Shown here one piece after another: positions 12,591 to 27,255 of a DNA stretch of 64,000 nt. Source of the DNA: the human T2T-CHM13v2.0 reference genome, Homo sapiens. The stretch lies in NCBI RefSeq assembly GCF_009914755.1, contig NC_060931.1; one strand, 5' to 3'. The stretch's first letter is position 1. Each line of letters opens with the position of its first letter. Both the position numbers and the translations under genes were made by a program. The notes below the pieces were generated by a model. The model was not told the DNA's origin. It made no database searches and saw only the letters and a list, made by a program, of their open reading frames with translations.

Positions 12591-12875
12591 GGCCAGGTGC
12601 GGTCATGCTTGTAATCCAAGCATTTTGGGAGGCCGAAGCAGGTGGATCACCTAAGGTCAGGAGTTTGAGACCAGCCTGGCTAACATGGTGAAATCCCGTC
12701 CCTACTAAAAAATGCAAAAATTAGCCAGGCATGGTGGTGGGTGCCTGTAACCCCAGCTACTTGGGAGGCTGAGGTGGGAAAATTGCTTAGCTGCCGTGAA
12801 CCAAGATTGTGCCACTATACTCCAGCCTGGGTGACAGAGCAAGACCCCGTCTCAAAAAAAAAAAAAAAAAAAAAA
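12591..12875 (+). mobile_element. Alu (AluS-like) with a right-arm deletion
   Basis: Alu dimer with poly-A tail; imperfect TSD aaaagaat(a/g)tgc. Confidence 0.95.
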
Positions 12876-13643
12876 GAATGTGCTAAACATAAAGATTATA
12901 CACTTACATAAATATTATTTTGTGAATAAAACATCCATATTATTTGGCTTCATTTGAGATCCAGGAAATGTCTTTCCATATTATAATATCCAAACATTCA
13001 TATCCATTAAGCATTGAGACACAGGTATAGAAGCTCACTCAACCATTTCTGAACAAATACAAACCAGACTATCTTTCTGTGTGTGCAAAGCACATCTAGA
13101 TCATTTAGTCAAATTTAATTAGGTCTCTCGTGAGTTTTTGGTTGAAACACTAATTTTGAATTCACATAAGCTTTAGGGAAGTTAAAAATAAACGTCACAA
13201 ATAGCATTGAAAACATGCGGATCTTACATATTATACATATTGAGATAAAACAAAAGAACCAAACTCTGAAAAGGAAAATGGTTTATTTGTCTGATTTCTG
13301 TGTCATGCTAATGGAGATTATTGGACTTAAGTGCCAAGTTCTCCAGACAGAGGCTGGAGAACTAATATACTTTCCAATAGATGTACTAATAAATTGTAAC
13401 ACTTGTAAGATCTTAAACAGCTACATACAATTTCTGTTGTAAGTTCTTCATGTATTTTGTCTGGATGTATTAACTATTCACCCTCCAATATAGAGAAAAT
13501 CATTAGACAAATTCATATAAAAGAAAGTATCAATCAAACTCTATGCTTTTTCAGAGTATACATGGAGTAAACTATTACACATCAAATCACAGTGTTTTAT
13601 AAAGAAAAAAATCGCATTTTTAAGAAAAATTGAAAGCACTTAC

Positions 13644-14042
13644 TTAAAGAGACATGAGTTAATAAATCCTCATACTGCTGGGAGGTCATGAACTACGATA
13701 ACTGAAGATGGGGGTTCTCCTCAGAAGTTTTAAGTTAAACTGCACCATTAGCCACAAATCGTCTCTAGTGTAGGTTCTGTTAGAGGAGGACGAAGCAATG
13801 GTCCAGCCCGTCCTCTGGCTCCTGCCCATGGAAAATCACCCACTCTTGCAACGTATGCCCTTATAGATGAAAACCCAAATGCCTAAGGACAGCATTAAGT
13901 CCCCAGCACTCAATCAAACTGAAAATCAAATAGAGCTACAGAAGACTGAGATTTCTCTCGATGAGAGTAATGTACTCTGCACACTGCACAAAGAAAAACC
14001 ACCGCTTTGCACTCTTGATATTGACGTCAATTCTTTGACTCA
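13644..14042 (-). promoter_or_regulatory. Candidate internal promoter / alternative first exon
   Basis: AP-1 TGACTCA at 14036-14042, CRE TGACGTCA at 14022-14029, TATAAGG at 13865-13859 (minus), GTAAGT donor at 13643-13638 (minus). Motif evidence only. Confidence 0.4.
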
Positions 14043-17000
14043 GTAGGAGTCCATCTGCCTTGTACTTTACCTTGGAAAATGATGGTCATTCTTCATTAAG
14101 TGAGAATCATGAACTAAAACTAAATTGTTAATGTAATTATACTACAATGAATAAAATCCCAATTTGAAATAGCAGCATGATTTTTAATCAAGGCTAAGGA
14201 GTATGTTAGTGCAATATAGCTTACAATGTACAAAAAATATTTGCCAGATATTTTAAAGCAGGATTGAATGAGATAAATGGTAGATTCGTCTTCTGAAAAA
14301 TAGATCACCCTATTTAAAATCACACATATTGCTAAAAGGACTGAGAGTAATGATAAAGAGCAAAGCCTTTTCATATCTCATTTAATTTAACTCCATTCAA
14401 AGCAACTTTTCGTATGTTACCTATAGAACCTGTGAAACAGAAGGGGGAAAAATTCCCTTCTTTGATAAACTTTTCATCATTGAAAAGAAATGCAATTCAA
14501 GGTTCCCTTATTTCTTTTGCCTCAAATTCATATTAAATCACAGAGCAAATATTCCCCTGCATTACTTACTATGTATTTCAAAAGAAAACCCTACAGTTTT
14601 GACAAAGGATTCACATCAAGCCTGAGAGAAACAGCTCTCCTGTTGCTTACTTAAGAAGTCTTGTCTTTAGAAGGAAAATAAAACCTTTCTTTTTCTCTCA
14701 AATGAAGGAGGAAATTATTTTAATGAAAAAAATCAGCTCTCTACCAGAATTTGAAGGCCACGCATTACTCGCCATTTCATTCTCCTCTATTTGGGCTTTT
14801 CAGCATCCCAACATGGGTGGGTTCCATGCTGGTTGAACACATAACATGATCTACACTCTCCAAGCAGATAAACAAATATGCTGATGTGACTAGATGCCCT
14901 TTGACACACTAACTATTGCTCTGATGCCTCATCAGTGGCTCGCCTCAGTGACTGGATAACTAAGTGGGTAGGACATCATCTTGACTGTGAAAGACATTTT
15001 TCAGCAGTCAACTTGGGGATGGTCACTTTTTATATTTTAAATATTTATCTTAAGGAAGAAGTACACAAATGCACATCTCTAGCCATGCTGTGCTTTTCAA
15101 TCACAGATTTTAAGTCTGAGACTGTGGAGGAAAGGTTAGAGAGAAATGGACAATGACGACTAATAATTAACACATCAACAGAGTCAATTACATCTACACC
15201 ACTACACAATCATTAATGCACCTCAGAAAAAAGTAGTCCGGGATAATAGGACTATAGAGATGATAATGATCAAACAAGACAAACTGTGAGAAGCTTTAAG
15301 GACCACGTTTCTAATTTCCTCCTAGTCCAAAGGAATCTTCCACAGTAGAGGCTCTACCAGGAATGTAGTAACTAGAACCTGGACTAGTACCTAAGGAATG
15401 GTGAACAATAAACAGGTGGTTTTTACCCCAATAACAGATAATGGAACAACATCCTGATAATAGCTCAAAATCTCTACTCCTCAGAGCACTATAACTAATG
15501 ATCTTATTTGATATTCATAAAAACCCCAGAAAACAGAAAAACAGGTATTTCTACCCATTTAACAGACAAGAAAATAATCCAGTCCTAATGGCTACCATTC
15601 ACTGAGCCTTTTCCATGTGCCAGGCACAGCGATGAGTCTCCTCCAGGCATTAACTTATCTTCCCAACAATTCCAGAAGGTAACTTTTATTACATTTCTTA
15701 ACTTACTGATAAGGAATTCAAGGTGTAGGATGGTGTCACCTGCTTAAATGTCACGTGATATGTGAAGTACCAGATCTAGAGCTCCAGTTCCGGAAGGTTC
15801 TGGAGCTTTTAGCCATCTCACACTGCCTCACCCCGAGAGGTCCCTAGCATTTCCCTCCCTCCTATATCCTCTTATTTTTTAATTAGTCAATAAGCAAACA
15901 GAATTACCAAGTTTAGTTACTGATGTTAAAAAAAGAAAACCTCTAACGGTTTCTGAATATCTATAGAAGATCTTCACAGTGTTGCCCATGGCACAACTTT
16001 AGGAGCTTCTTCACACCAGATTCTATGTGAATAGGACCCCATGGACTTCTACCACATGCGGGCCCTGGCCTTCTAAAGGAAGAACAATTTAAGACTATGT
16101 AGACAAGATGTACTTTAAAAAGTTAATTTTAAAAGTAGGCAGTGTGTGTACATGGTACAATATTCATAAAGTACAAAAGACCACAGAATGCAAAGTAAGC
16201 AACCAGCAACCCCCTTTCTCCCTTAGGAAGCAGTCATTATTACCAAGTTTTGTGAATCCTTCCAGAGAGAGTTCAGGCATAAAGAAACATAAAAATATAT
16301 TAAGCAATAATTTAAGGACATTTTAGATTTAGAAAATTATTAAAAAGCTTTTGGGACACTGACATTAGATTATCAAAGATACCAAGGTCTTTTGGAGTGA
16401 AATCCAGTTATTTGCAACACACATGATCATATGAATACAGGATTTTTCACATCTCTTTTACTTAGCACAGCAGTAACAAGAAAGAAAATAGAACAATATG
16501 AGGCAATGAAGTAACTGAGAGATCTAAGACAAATGATGAAGCATAGTTAATGAAAAGCTCATGTGTGTGAGACTAATAGCAACCCTGACCAAGGATGGCA
16601 CCTGTTCCACACTTTCCAGGCTTGTCCAGCCAGCTATCTGATGACAGTTGTCAGGATTGGCTTCTGGGATGAGAGAGCTGATTGGAAAAGGAAAGATGGT
16701 TGGGGAAAAAGAGGAACGAACTAGTTCTTTGCAAACGAAAGGGAATTTCCTTCTTTATCCCACCTTCCAATCCAATCACAATTCACTAAACAGAGTGGGG
16801 AGGAGACTGCTCCACTCTGAATGCCTGCCATGCTCACAGTCTTTCTTCTGCATTGACCTCATCACTCTGACCAAGGCAAAAAGAATCAGGGTGGGTGTTC
16901 AGCCTTTGTCTGAACAAAGGCAGGGAGCCATGTAGAGCCTGTGAGTTGACCTGGCTGCTTGTGAGGCACTGAAGAGTGACCAACTAAGTGGTAACAAATT

Positions 17001-17399
17001 CCTTTGTCATAGAGAGGGTGAATGTGAGACAGAGAGAGAGTGAGTCAGCGGTTTGGAGCAGGAACAAAAGCCAAAGGTCAAATAGAGGCAAGGCAGTAGG
17101 AGCAAGCATGAGTAAGCAAAAGATATGAGGCATCCAGTGCAGAATGAAGCCAGTGGGCAGCAGAGGATCAATAGAAACAGAAACAGAGAAGAGCTGAGTG
17201 GCCATGACATCACCAGAACACTGGATAGGTGATAACAAGCACCTACTACTCTTGCATTATAATCACCAGGCCTGTAAATCTCTTGGTACCCCAAACAATG
17301 TTCCAATTCTCTGTGAAGTTTGCCACACTAGTGACTGAGGTTGAGACATCTTCCTGTCCTTCTCCAGTCTTGTGTATTCTACAACAAAATTTCATTAAT

Positions 17400-17853
17400 A
17401 TGGCAGGTAGACTGTTGCATTGGTGGCCCCAGGAAGCACCCTTCCCAGTATCCATGCCCTTGCATAGTCAACTCTCACAATGGCTGTGGGCTTGGCCATG
17501 TCACATGCTTTGGCCAGTGGGATTTTTAGCAAGCAATATGTGAAAAGAGGTGTGATGACCATTTGCACACTGCAGCTTATCCTCTTGTAATGTTCCCTCT
17601 GGGAAGTATGAGCCATACTACTAGATGATGAGAAGCCAGTGGAAAGAGACCCTGGGAGATGAGAGACCATCCTGGACTCTCTGGCCCCAGCTGAGCTCCC
17701 AGCCAAAAATAGCTGAGCCAGTGACTTTTTAAACTACATGCAACAGAAGAACCATCCTGCCAACCCTCAGGATTATAAGAAATAATAAACTGTTGTTGTT
17801 TGAAGTCACAAAATTTAGGAATGGTTTATTATATAGCCATAGATATCTGCAAT
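17400..17853 (+). mobile_element. MLT1-type (ERVL-MaLR) solo LTR
   Basis: MLT1-like 5' part (ggccatgtcacatgctttggccagtgggat) and 3' end (aataaactgttgttgtttgaagtcac...tatagccatagata). Confidence 0.75.
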
Positions 17854-18147
17854 AATGAATTAAGATAAACTGAGATTGGCTCTTTCTTGCAACCAGAAAC
17901 ATACTAACATGCACATTTAGGAGGACTGATGATCCAAATGTGCAGGTCTCCTTACAAGGTCATGGCCGAACCTAAATTAGTAAATAGTGTGGCAATGTAG
18001 ACTTCTCTTCAAAACTAATCTATCCTTTTTGGTTTTTCTAGATACTTCTCTATATATATGTTGGTGCAGCCAAAGGGCACATACTTAACTTACATTTCTC
18101 ACACAAAACTTATAGTCAGAATAAATAGAAGGTGGTTAACACTGACC

Positions 18148-18256
18148 ATTATTTTAGCATAAATTTGTTTATGCTAAATTATTTTAGCATAAATTTGTTT
18201 ATGCTAAATTATTTTAGCATAATTGTAAATTATGCCTAATTTATTGTCTTAGGCAT
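18148..18256. repeat. 30-bp palindromic tandem repeat (about 2.4 copies) plus adjacent inverted repeats
   Basis: attttagcataaatttgtttatgctaaatt at 18151 and 18181, partial copy at 18211. Confidence 0.95.
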
Positions 18257-19557
18257 TATACTAATTTATTTCTAATGCAGAATAGCAAAGATTAAGGTAG
18301 AGAACAGGATGAGAGAGTCCAATATTGTTAGTCTATCCCTCCTACTTCCCCATCTCCGTGAATCATACTAGAACTCTGGCTGAGGTCAGCCCCAGCTTCT
18401 ATTCTTCTCACTCTCCCACAAGACAGGTAATCTGGAGAAAGGGAGGAAAGAGGGGCAAGCCAAACCACAGGGATAGGCCTCTTCCTTCCTCACAAAGTCC
18501 ACTTCTCAGCTGATTCCCTTCACATTAGAAAACAGAAACAAAGTTCCATTTAAAAACAAAAATGGAAAGTAGGAAACTGCTCTAAAAGTGAGGTCTGAGA
18601 AATGAAAATTTAATTCTGAATATGGGTCTTCAGAGCAACACATTCAGAAACATTTGTGGAGTCACTGAAACAAGCTCTAGCTCTATTTATCTTCCTGTAA
18701 ACTGAGATTTCTACAAATAGCACTGAGAAGATGTAAGGATTGGAAACAGTTTATTAAAAACTTCAGCAAAAAAGGCCCTTCAGGATATTGATATTCTAAA
18801 CATGCTATACCTTATCCACTTGTCAAGAAAGCAACACATGGCAAAATGGCAGCCATTTAATAGTAAAAAATAGCATTTTGAAATGCCAGGCAGGCTAGTC
18901 ACTTTGAAAAATATTGTGTCACATTTCAAAGGTAAACCCTGCTATGCTTGCTGAATGGTATGAACCAGTTAGGGTAGGGACGCAGTGTACAGGTCAAAAT
19001 CTCAATGTGTACTCCTTTCCTAATGAGTGTGAAGGGTAGTAATGCAAGGAGAAGAGAGAGCAGGAGAGAGAATTAACCTCATGGTAGAAGTCCATGGGGT
19101 ACCATTCACATTCTACTCCAGTGAGAAATTAACCTAGAAGTCTCAGTGCTTAACATAATACAATTGATACTTCGCCTGTTCTATCATCCAGTGTGGGTGT
19201 GCAGGCACTTCTGCTCGAGGCTGACAGAGGTGCCACCATTTTGTGATGCTGCCAACTCAACAAATGTCTTCCAAAGTCCCCATGCTCTCCTGCTTTTACC
19301 TTCCTCCAACCAGAAGTGATGCACACAACTTTTGCTCACAACCCATTGACCAGAAGTAGTCAATGACTCCAATCATCAGAGAGTCTGGGAAATGCTGGGG
19401 TGTGGGTGGAATATTTAGTGAGCACTAGTATTTCTGCCACGGGGAGCATGGCCTATTCACAATCAATCTGAAGTGCTTTTTCTGGAAAGAGTTTCAGAAG
19501 TGACATCCTAGAGGATGGCCATCTTATTGTTTCATCTCGGCGATTAGTCAGGGAGCA

Positions 19558-19580
19558 GGATGATGATGATGATGATGATG
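19558..19580. repeat. (GAT)n microsatellite
   Basis: About 7 GAT units seen directly. Confidence 0.9.
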
Positions 19581-20509
19581 GGCTGTGTGGGTGCTAGCTA
19601 GTTGAAGCTACCTCCTCTGTCTTCCTCCCAGCTGCATCTATGAATCATTCTTTTCTATAACTTGTGCTCCCCGCAAACAAGGGCCTGAGCATGTGTGTTG
19701 GGGAGGCAAAAGGCTCAGATTTACCAAACCCAAAGGGCATCACTCCCAACATGTCACAGATTACTACAATCTTCCCAGCCACATTTCAAAATATATTTTG
19801 CCAAGGTATCCAGGCTCTCTGTAATCATAACGGAACCATGAAAATGAGAAATAGAGATGGACATGACATGAAGAATTGTATATTCCACTTGCTATCAGTG
19901 CAGGGGAAGGTATATTATCACAAACCAAACAGCTGAAAATTCTTCATTCCAGCCAGAGGCTGTTTCATATAAGGAACAAATCTCAGTCACTTGCTGACAT
20001 GCATGTTGTATTATAAAGAACTTAACAGCAAAACAGCAGAGTAATGCATGAAATATTTAACTCCTGGTGCATTTAATTTTCTTTATACAGGCTATGTGAA
20101 TATCTGCCTTTATAAAAAAAAATAATCAACGAGTGGCCATTTGTTTGCAAGAAAATTTATCAGGTTTACTCCAAAGAGCATCCCTCTCCCAAGCATTTAG
20201 AATATAAATCAGTTTCTTGGAAGTTAAATATTAACTCCTCAGGAGACCATGTCCTCTGTGAAAGGTAAGTACACAAAAGCATGAATGTTAGAAACAATGT
20301 TCTCTGTACTGTGAGATTTAATCAACCCAACAATTTAAGAGCTTTGGCATATTCTGCTGTCTCTGCTCAATTCTGCTGTCTATGACTTCTCAGGAACCCC
20401 TTTTTCTATAAAACCACACTCTCTTTTCAGCATCATTTAAATGGACTCCATAGAAAGAATATATTCCATTGTGATGATTTAAAAGAAATGTCAATTCAAA
20501 GAGCACTTT

Positions 20510-21525
<1,016 letters not shown>

Positions 21526-22482
21526 TTTTTTAAAAAAGAAAAAATAAAACCAAAGAGCAGTTTGAAATGTCCTCAGGTAGAAGTATTTTCGGCCAAAGTA
21601 TCTAGCCTCCTAGAAGAGTCAGGACAGAAAAACCTCTGGTTTTTATTAAAGTTGGTTGATAAGAATGTTAAACCTAGAATGACTGCCTCTCTGTGTCTTT
21701 TCAGTTTAATTTTCATGGGCAATTTTCTGTGAGTAAACTGAGCATTTATTTTCTAAAGATAAATATTTGTACCCTCCGGAAAGAAATATGGGGAGTAAGA
21801 AAAAAGTGAGATAAGGAGGACAAAGAAAAAGCAAGGAAAGAAGAAATGTTGTAGAAGTAATACATTTCCAAGTTATGTTGTGTTTATTCTTATCATTTTT
21901 CTTCAGAAATTGTGATAGTTCACAAGTAAACTGGGTTAAAATACTTACAAAAATAATTTCTTTAAATATATTAAAGGAATCATAAAGATTTCAAGAAAAC
22001 TTTACTAGAAGATGCCCTATCAGGGCTTATGCTTTGAAGGTGTCTCAGGTCTGCCTTCCTAGACTCAACAATGAATTATGAGAGCCAAATCTGCTATAAT
22101 AGAAATGGAGTCAAATAAACCAGCCACCAATAATGATGGTTACTGAGATGCCAGCACAGAGGGAAAAACCAAGACCAGAAATGGGAAGACAGCTAAAAAT
22201 TAGATCCTTTGAGGCTGCTGGTTGTTGGGTCTAGGCACAAGCAGGCATGGGAAAGTGAGTACCAGCCACATGGTGCTGTCTCAACCAAGGGAAGAATGAG
22301 GTGAGCAGGCCATGCAAGTCTGCCCAGTCCCCTCTCAGACAGGAGTGGGCTTGGGCCTCTCAGCTGAAGTTGAGCACTGGTTTCTGGGTGCCATCACTTG
22401 CTGCACCTGTGTCCAGTGGGGCCAAGTTGGATAATATGAGAGGCAACATTTTGGGGAGAAGGTGATTCAAAAGCCTGGCAGA

Positions 22483-22573
22483 AGTGAGCTATGATTGCAT
22501 CACTACACTCCAGCGTGGGTGACAGTGCAAGACTGTTTAAAAAAAAATTAAAAACAAACCAGAAAACAGAAAA
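22483..22573 (+). mobile_element. 5'-truncated Alu (3' end plus A-rich tail)
   Basis: gtgagctatgattgcatcactacactccagc...; perfect 15-bp TSD caaaagcctggcaga at 22468-22482 and 22574-22588. Confidence 0.9.
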
Positions 22574-25145
22574 CAAAAGCCTGGCAGAGCATCCAACAGA
22601 ATTTACAAATGAAAGGATTGGGTAAAGAATGAAATTCAGGGAGGTGGCATCAGAAAGAGTACCAGGGAGACCACTAAGACTAAGATTTGAGACCAAGGGA
22701 TGTGGGAGATGGAATCTACAGACATCATTAGAGCTGGATAGAATAACTGCATATAATTTTTATGAGGTATTGGGTGTGGGTGTTGCTCAGGAATGGGGAG
22801 AATAAATGGCTAAAGGTCCTGCTCCTGCGTGGTCAGCTGGCTGAGGATTAAGCAGGCAAAGTTGGGTGGTTTCTTGCCTGCCAAAGTTGAACGCACCTCA
22901 CTGAGCAGCTTCTTAAAAATGTCCAGTTAGTCTGTCTGAGGAAGGCTTTCCAAATTTAGGTTTCTGTCTCCTTCGAGAATTTTAAATAAGACTATTGTAG
23001 GCCCTTGCTAGAGTATAAAACACTAATTGTTGTTCTCCAACTCCTCTCACAAGCCTTGCAGAGAAAACAGTTTTTATTTTTTGAAAGATCTGAATGTATT
23101 CTATTCTATTCACATGTACTCCCAAACCTAAAATAAAAGTTAAAAAAATACCCTTCCAGAAATAGCTGTAGAAGGCCTGTTAATACTCAGCAGGAGCTTG
23201 GTTTTAACTTCTGATTTTTATCAAAGTTGGTTATAAGAATAGGAGATAGATCTCAGTGTTTTCTCTGTCCATTTAACTAAATCAAGACACCTAGTTCTTC
23301 TGTACAGATTTTATAAATTGGACTAAGCCATCAGACAAGCTATCAAGCAAGATGCAGGAAAAACGGTCACGTTTGAAAGAAGTACTTTGGTTTGAACTGA
23401 GAGCAAGGGTATGGATGGAGACGAGCTGTTCTCTAAACATTTCTGCGAAAATTTTGCCCAAGATGGGGAAGCAATTGATAATAATCTCTACATTGCATGC
23501 TGAACATTTTAAGTGGAAGGCAAGCCTACAAAATTGAGAAGAAAGTGCAGGCTACTCTGCAGAGGCAGGAACGTCTGAGCGGACTTTCAGACCAGGACAT
23601 ATCTAAAATGACAGAACTTAAAGGGAAGAGTTGTCATTTTTACTTAGAAGCTTTAAAGCTGCAGCATTATCTCAGCGTCTAAGGCACTTAGAGTTCTTTG
23701 TAGGAATGGCTTCAAACATTTTATTAACAATATTTATTGGACACCCATGAAGTTTTAGATGCTAGGGGGGATTCAAATATGAATTCAACATAATTCACGC
23801 CCTTGAAGTGCTCAAAGCTGGGCTTGGGAGCAGGCAGTGAGCTGTGTGAGAATATAACTAAATGCAAAACAATGTGGTAAGTGCTCCACCAGAAGCTGGA
23901 TCTAGGCCCTATGGGAGCAGAAAGTAAGATGTATCCAATTGTGTTCAAGAGGGAAGAGGAAAGACTCTGGGAGGTGAAACCTGAGCTCTACCTTGCCCTG
24001 GAAGAGTAACAGTAATACTCCAGGGAGAGAAGAGGGAAGCCATGAGTAAAGTCCAAGCGTATAGTGTGTTTCTGGCAAGTGCCCAGAAGGGGATGAAGGA
24101 TACTAAGTGAGGGTGATGAGGCAGAAACGTAAAGTTGGTGCCCGTTGTAAGGGGGCATAAATGCTGTTATTGAGTTTTGTTTTTATGCTAATATCAGATG
24201 AGTTTCAAAGTGCCAAGCTGGGTAAGTGAGTTAAAGAACTTTTCTTTCAAAAGGATTATCAAGAGTGCCATCTTCTCATGCACAGAGTGAAATGTGCAGG
24301 GAATTTTAGAGGATTCAATTAAATTTAACTCAATCACCTGAAAATCAATTATGTACAGATGGATGGATGCCTGAGACTGGGAGTGGTCAGAGAGGAGACT
24401 GATGGCAAATAGGCATGGGGGAGTTTTTCTGAGTACTGTGCTCAGCAGCAGGGATGACAGAAGGTTGCTGGGGCCAAGTTACAATTATTTACAATGACAA
24501 CAATATACTCAGCCTCCTGCTCCTATCACTACCCCAACCACGAAACCACAAAGCTACCAGAGACTGCCAAATCCCTGGCTGTGGCGTCCAGGCGATTGTT
24601 AATTATTGTTCTAAAGAATAAAAGTCAATAGTTTTTCAATCCTTGGCATAAAACATAAGAGAATATCTCGCAACCTTAGTTAGGTAAATTTCTTAGCTAT
24701 GACACCAAAAGAAAAAAACTGATAAACTTAACATAATCAAAATTAAAAACAGTTGCTCTTCAAAAGAAACCAACAAGAAAATGCAAAGACAAGCCACAGA
24801 CTATTTACAAATCATATATCTAATAAAGGACTTGTATCTACAACATGTAGAAAAACTAAGAAGACAAAACAAGTCAATAAAAAGATGGACAAAAATTTCA
24901 TTAGAGATTTCTCCAAAGAAGATATACAAATATCTAACAAGCACATGAAAAGATGCTCAATATCATTTATCATTAAGGAAATGCAAATTGAAACCACAAT
25001 GCGATACTACCACACACCCACTTGAATGGCTGTATTCAAAAAGACTGATGATGTCCAGTGTTGGTGAGGCTGTGGAGAACCTGAAATCCTCACATATTGC
25101 TATGGAAACATAAAAACATATAGCCATTCTGAAAAAACAATTTTG

Positions 25146-25452
25146 CTTTTTTTTTTTTTTTTTTTTTGAGATGGAACTAGCTCTGTTGCCCAGGCTGGAG
25201 TATAATAGCGTGATCTCAGCTAAGGGCAACCTCTGTCTCCTGGGCTCAAACCATCCTCCCACCTCAGCCTCCCAAGTAGGTGGGACCACAGGCATATGTT
25301 CTACCATACCCACCTAGTTTTTTTTATTACTTGTAGAGACCAGGTTTCACTATATTACCCAGACTGGTCTCGAATTCCTGAGCTTTAGTAATCCACCCAC
25401 CTGGACCTCCCAAGTGCTTGGATTAAAGGCATGAGCCACCATGCCCAACCTG
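25146..25452 (-). mobile_element. Alu (AluJ-like)
   Basis: Poly-T followed by a reverse-complement Alu dimer. Confidence 0.93.
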
Positions 25453-25745
25453 GCAATTTCTTAAAAGTTAAACACTCACTTACCATACAATCCAGCAATT
25501 CTACTCTTTTACCTAAGAGTAATGAAAACATATAACCACACAAAGACTTGTACGCAAATGTATATAGCAGCATTATTTATAATAATGAAAAATTGTAAAC
25601 AGATCCAATGCCCATTAACGGATGAAAGAATAAGCAAAATGTGGTATATTCATATAATGGAAAAGTATTCAGCAATAACAAAGAATGAACTACTGATATA
25701 TGCAACAACATGCGGCATGGATGAAACCTCAAAACTATGCTGAGT

Positions 25746-27255
25746 GAGCCTCTCCCTCTCCCTCTCCCCCTCCCCCTCCCCCGCCCCTCCCACTTTCCAC
25801 GGTCTCCCTCTGATGCGGAGCAGAGGCTGGACTGTACTGCCGCCATCTCGGCTCACTGCAAACTCCCTGCCTGATTCTCCTGCCTCAGCCTGCCGAGTGC
25901 CTGGGATTGCAGGTGTGCGCCGCCACGCCTGACTGGTTTTTGTATTTTTTGGTGGAGACGGGGTTTCGCCGTGTTGGCTGGGCTGGTCTCCAGCTCCTGA
26001 CCGCGAGTGATCTGCCCACCTGGGCCTCCCGAGGTGCCGGGATTGCAGACGGAGTCTCGCTCACTCAGTGCTCAATGTTGCCCAGGCTGGAGTGCAGTGG
26101 CGTGATCTCGGCTCGCTACAACCTCCACCTCCCAGCAGCCTGCCTTGGCCTCCCAAAGTGCCGAGATTGCAGCCTCTGCCCGGCCGCCACCCCGTCTGGG
26201 AAGTGAGGAGCGTCTCTGCCTGGCTGCCCATCATCTGGGATGTGAGGAGCGTCTCTGCCCGGCCGCCCATCGTCTGAGATGTGGGGAGCGCCTCTACCCC
26301 GCTGCCCCATCTGGGATGTGAGGAGCGCCTCTGCCCGGCCACGACCCCGTCTGGGATCTGAGGAGTGTCTCTGCCCGACCGCCACCCCGTCTGGGAGGTG
26401 AGGAGCGTCTCTGCCGGGCTGCCCCCTCTGAGAAGTGAGGAGCCCCTCCGCCCGGCAGCCGCCCCGTCTGGGAAGTGAGGAGCGTCTCCGCCCGGCAGCC
26501 GCCCCGTCCGGGAGGTGGGGGGCAGCCCCCGCCCAGCCAGCCGCCCTGTCCGGGAGGGAGGTGGGGGGCAGCCCCCGCCCGGCCAGCTGCCCCGTCCGGG
26601 AGGGAGGTGGGGGCAGCCCCCGCCCAGCCAGCCACCCCGTCCGGGAGGTGGGGGGCGCCTCTGCCCGGCCACCCCTTCTGGGAAGTGAGGAGCCCCTCTG
26701 CCCGGCCGCCACCCCGTCTGGGAGGTGTACCCAACAGCTCATTGAGAACGGGCCATGATGACGGTGGCGGTTTTGTTGAATAGAAAAGGGGGAAATGTGG
26801 GGAAAAGAAAGAGAGATCAGATTGTTACTGTGTCTGTGTAGAAAGAAGTAGACATAGGAGACTCCATTTTGTTCTGTACTAAGAAAAATTCTTCTGCCTT
26901 GGGATGCTGTTAATCTATAACCTTACCCCCAACCCCGTGCTCTCTGAAACATGTGCTGTGTCCACTCAGGGTTAAATGGATTAAGGGCGGTGCAAGATGT
27001 GCTTTGTTAAACAGATGCTTGAAGGCAGCATGCTCGTTAAGAGTCATCACCACTCCCTAATCTCAAGTACCCAGGGACACAAACACTGCGGAAGGCCGCA
27101 GGGTCCTCTGCCTAGGAAAACCAGAGACCCTTGTTCACATGTTTATCTGCTGACCTTCCCTCCACTATTGTCCTATGACCCTGCCAAATCCCCCTCTCCG
27201 AGAAACACCCAAGAATGATCAATAAATACTAAAAACAAACAACAACAAAAAAAAC
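25746..27255 (+). mobile_element. Full-length SVA retrotransposon (older, B/C-like), antisense to NRCAM
   Basis: Short CCCTCT hexamer head, Alu-like domain (~25790-26170), GC-rich VNTR (~26170-26730), SINE-R, AATAAA at 27221, degenerate A tail. TSD aactatgctgagt at 25733-25745 and 27256-27268. Subfamily is tentative. Confidence 0.97.

Noticed and set aside
15780-15807. agctccag-ttccggaa-ggtt-ctggagct small inverted repeat / STAT-like site
   Set aside because: Short, inside a MIR-like remnant, and the spacing does not fit TTCN3GAA.
18148-18222. Palindromic 30-bp repeats resembling a CRISPR array
   Set aside because: Head-to-tail tandem units with no unique spacers, no cas genes, primate intron.
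26061-26783. Long overlapping GC-rich ORFs (up to 208 aa) on both strands
   Set aside because: They are the stop-poor SVA VNTR; the translations are repetitive and not genes.
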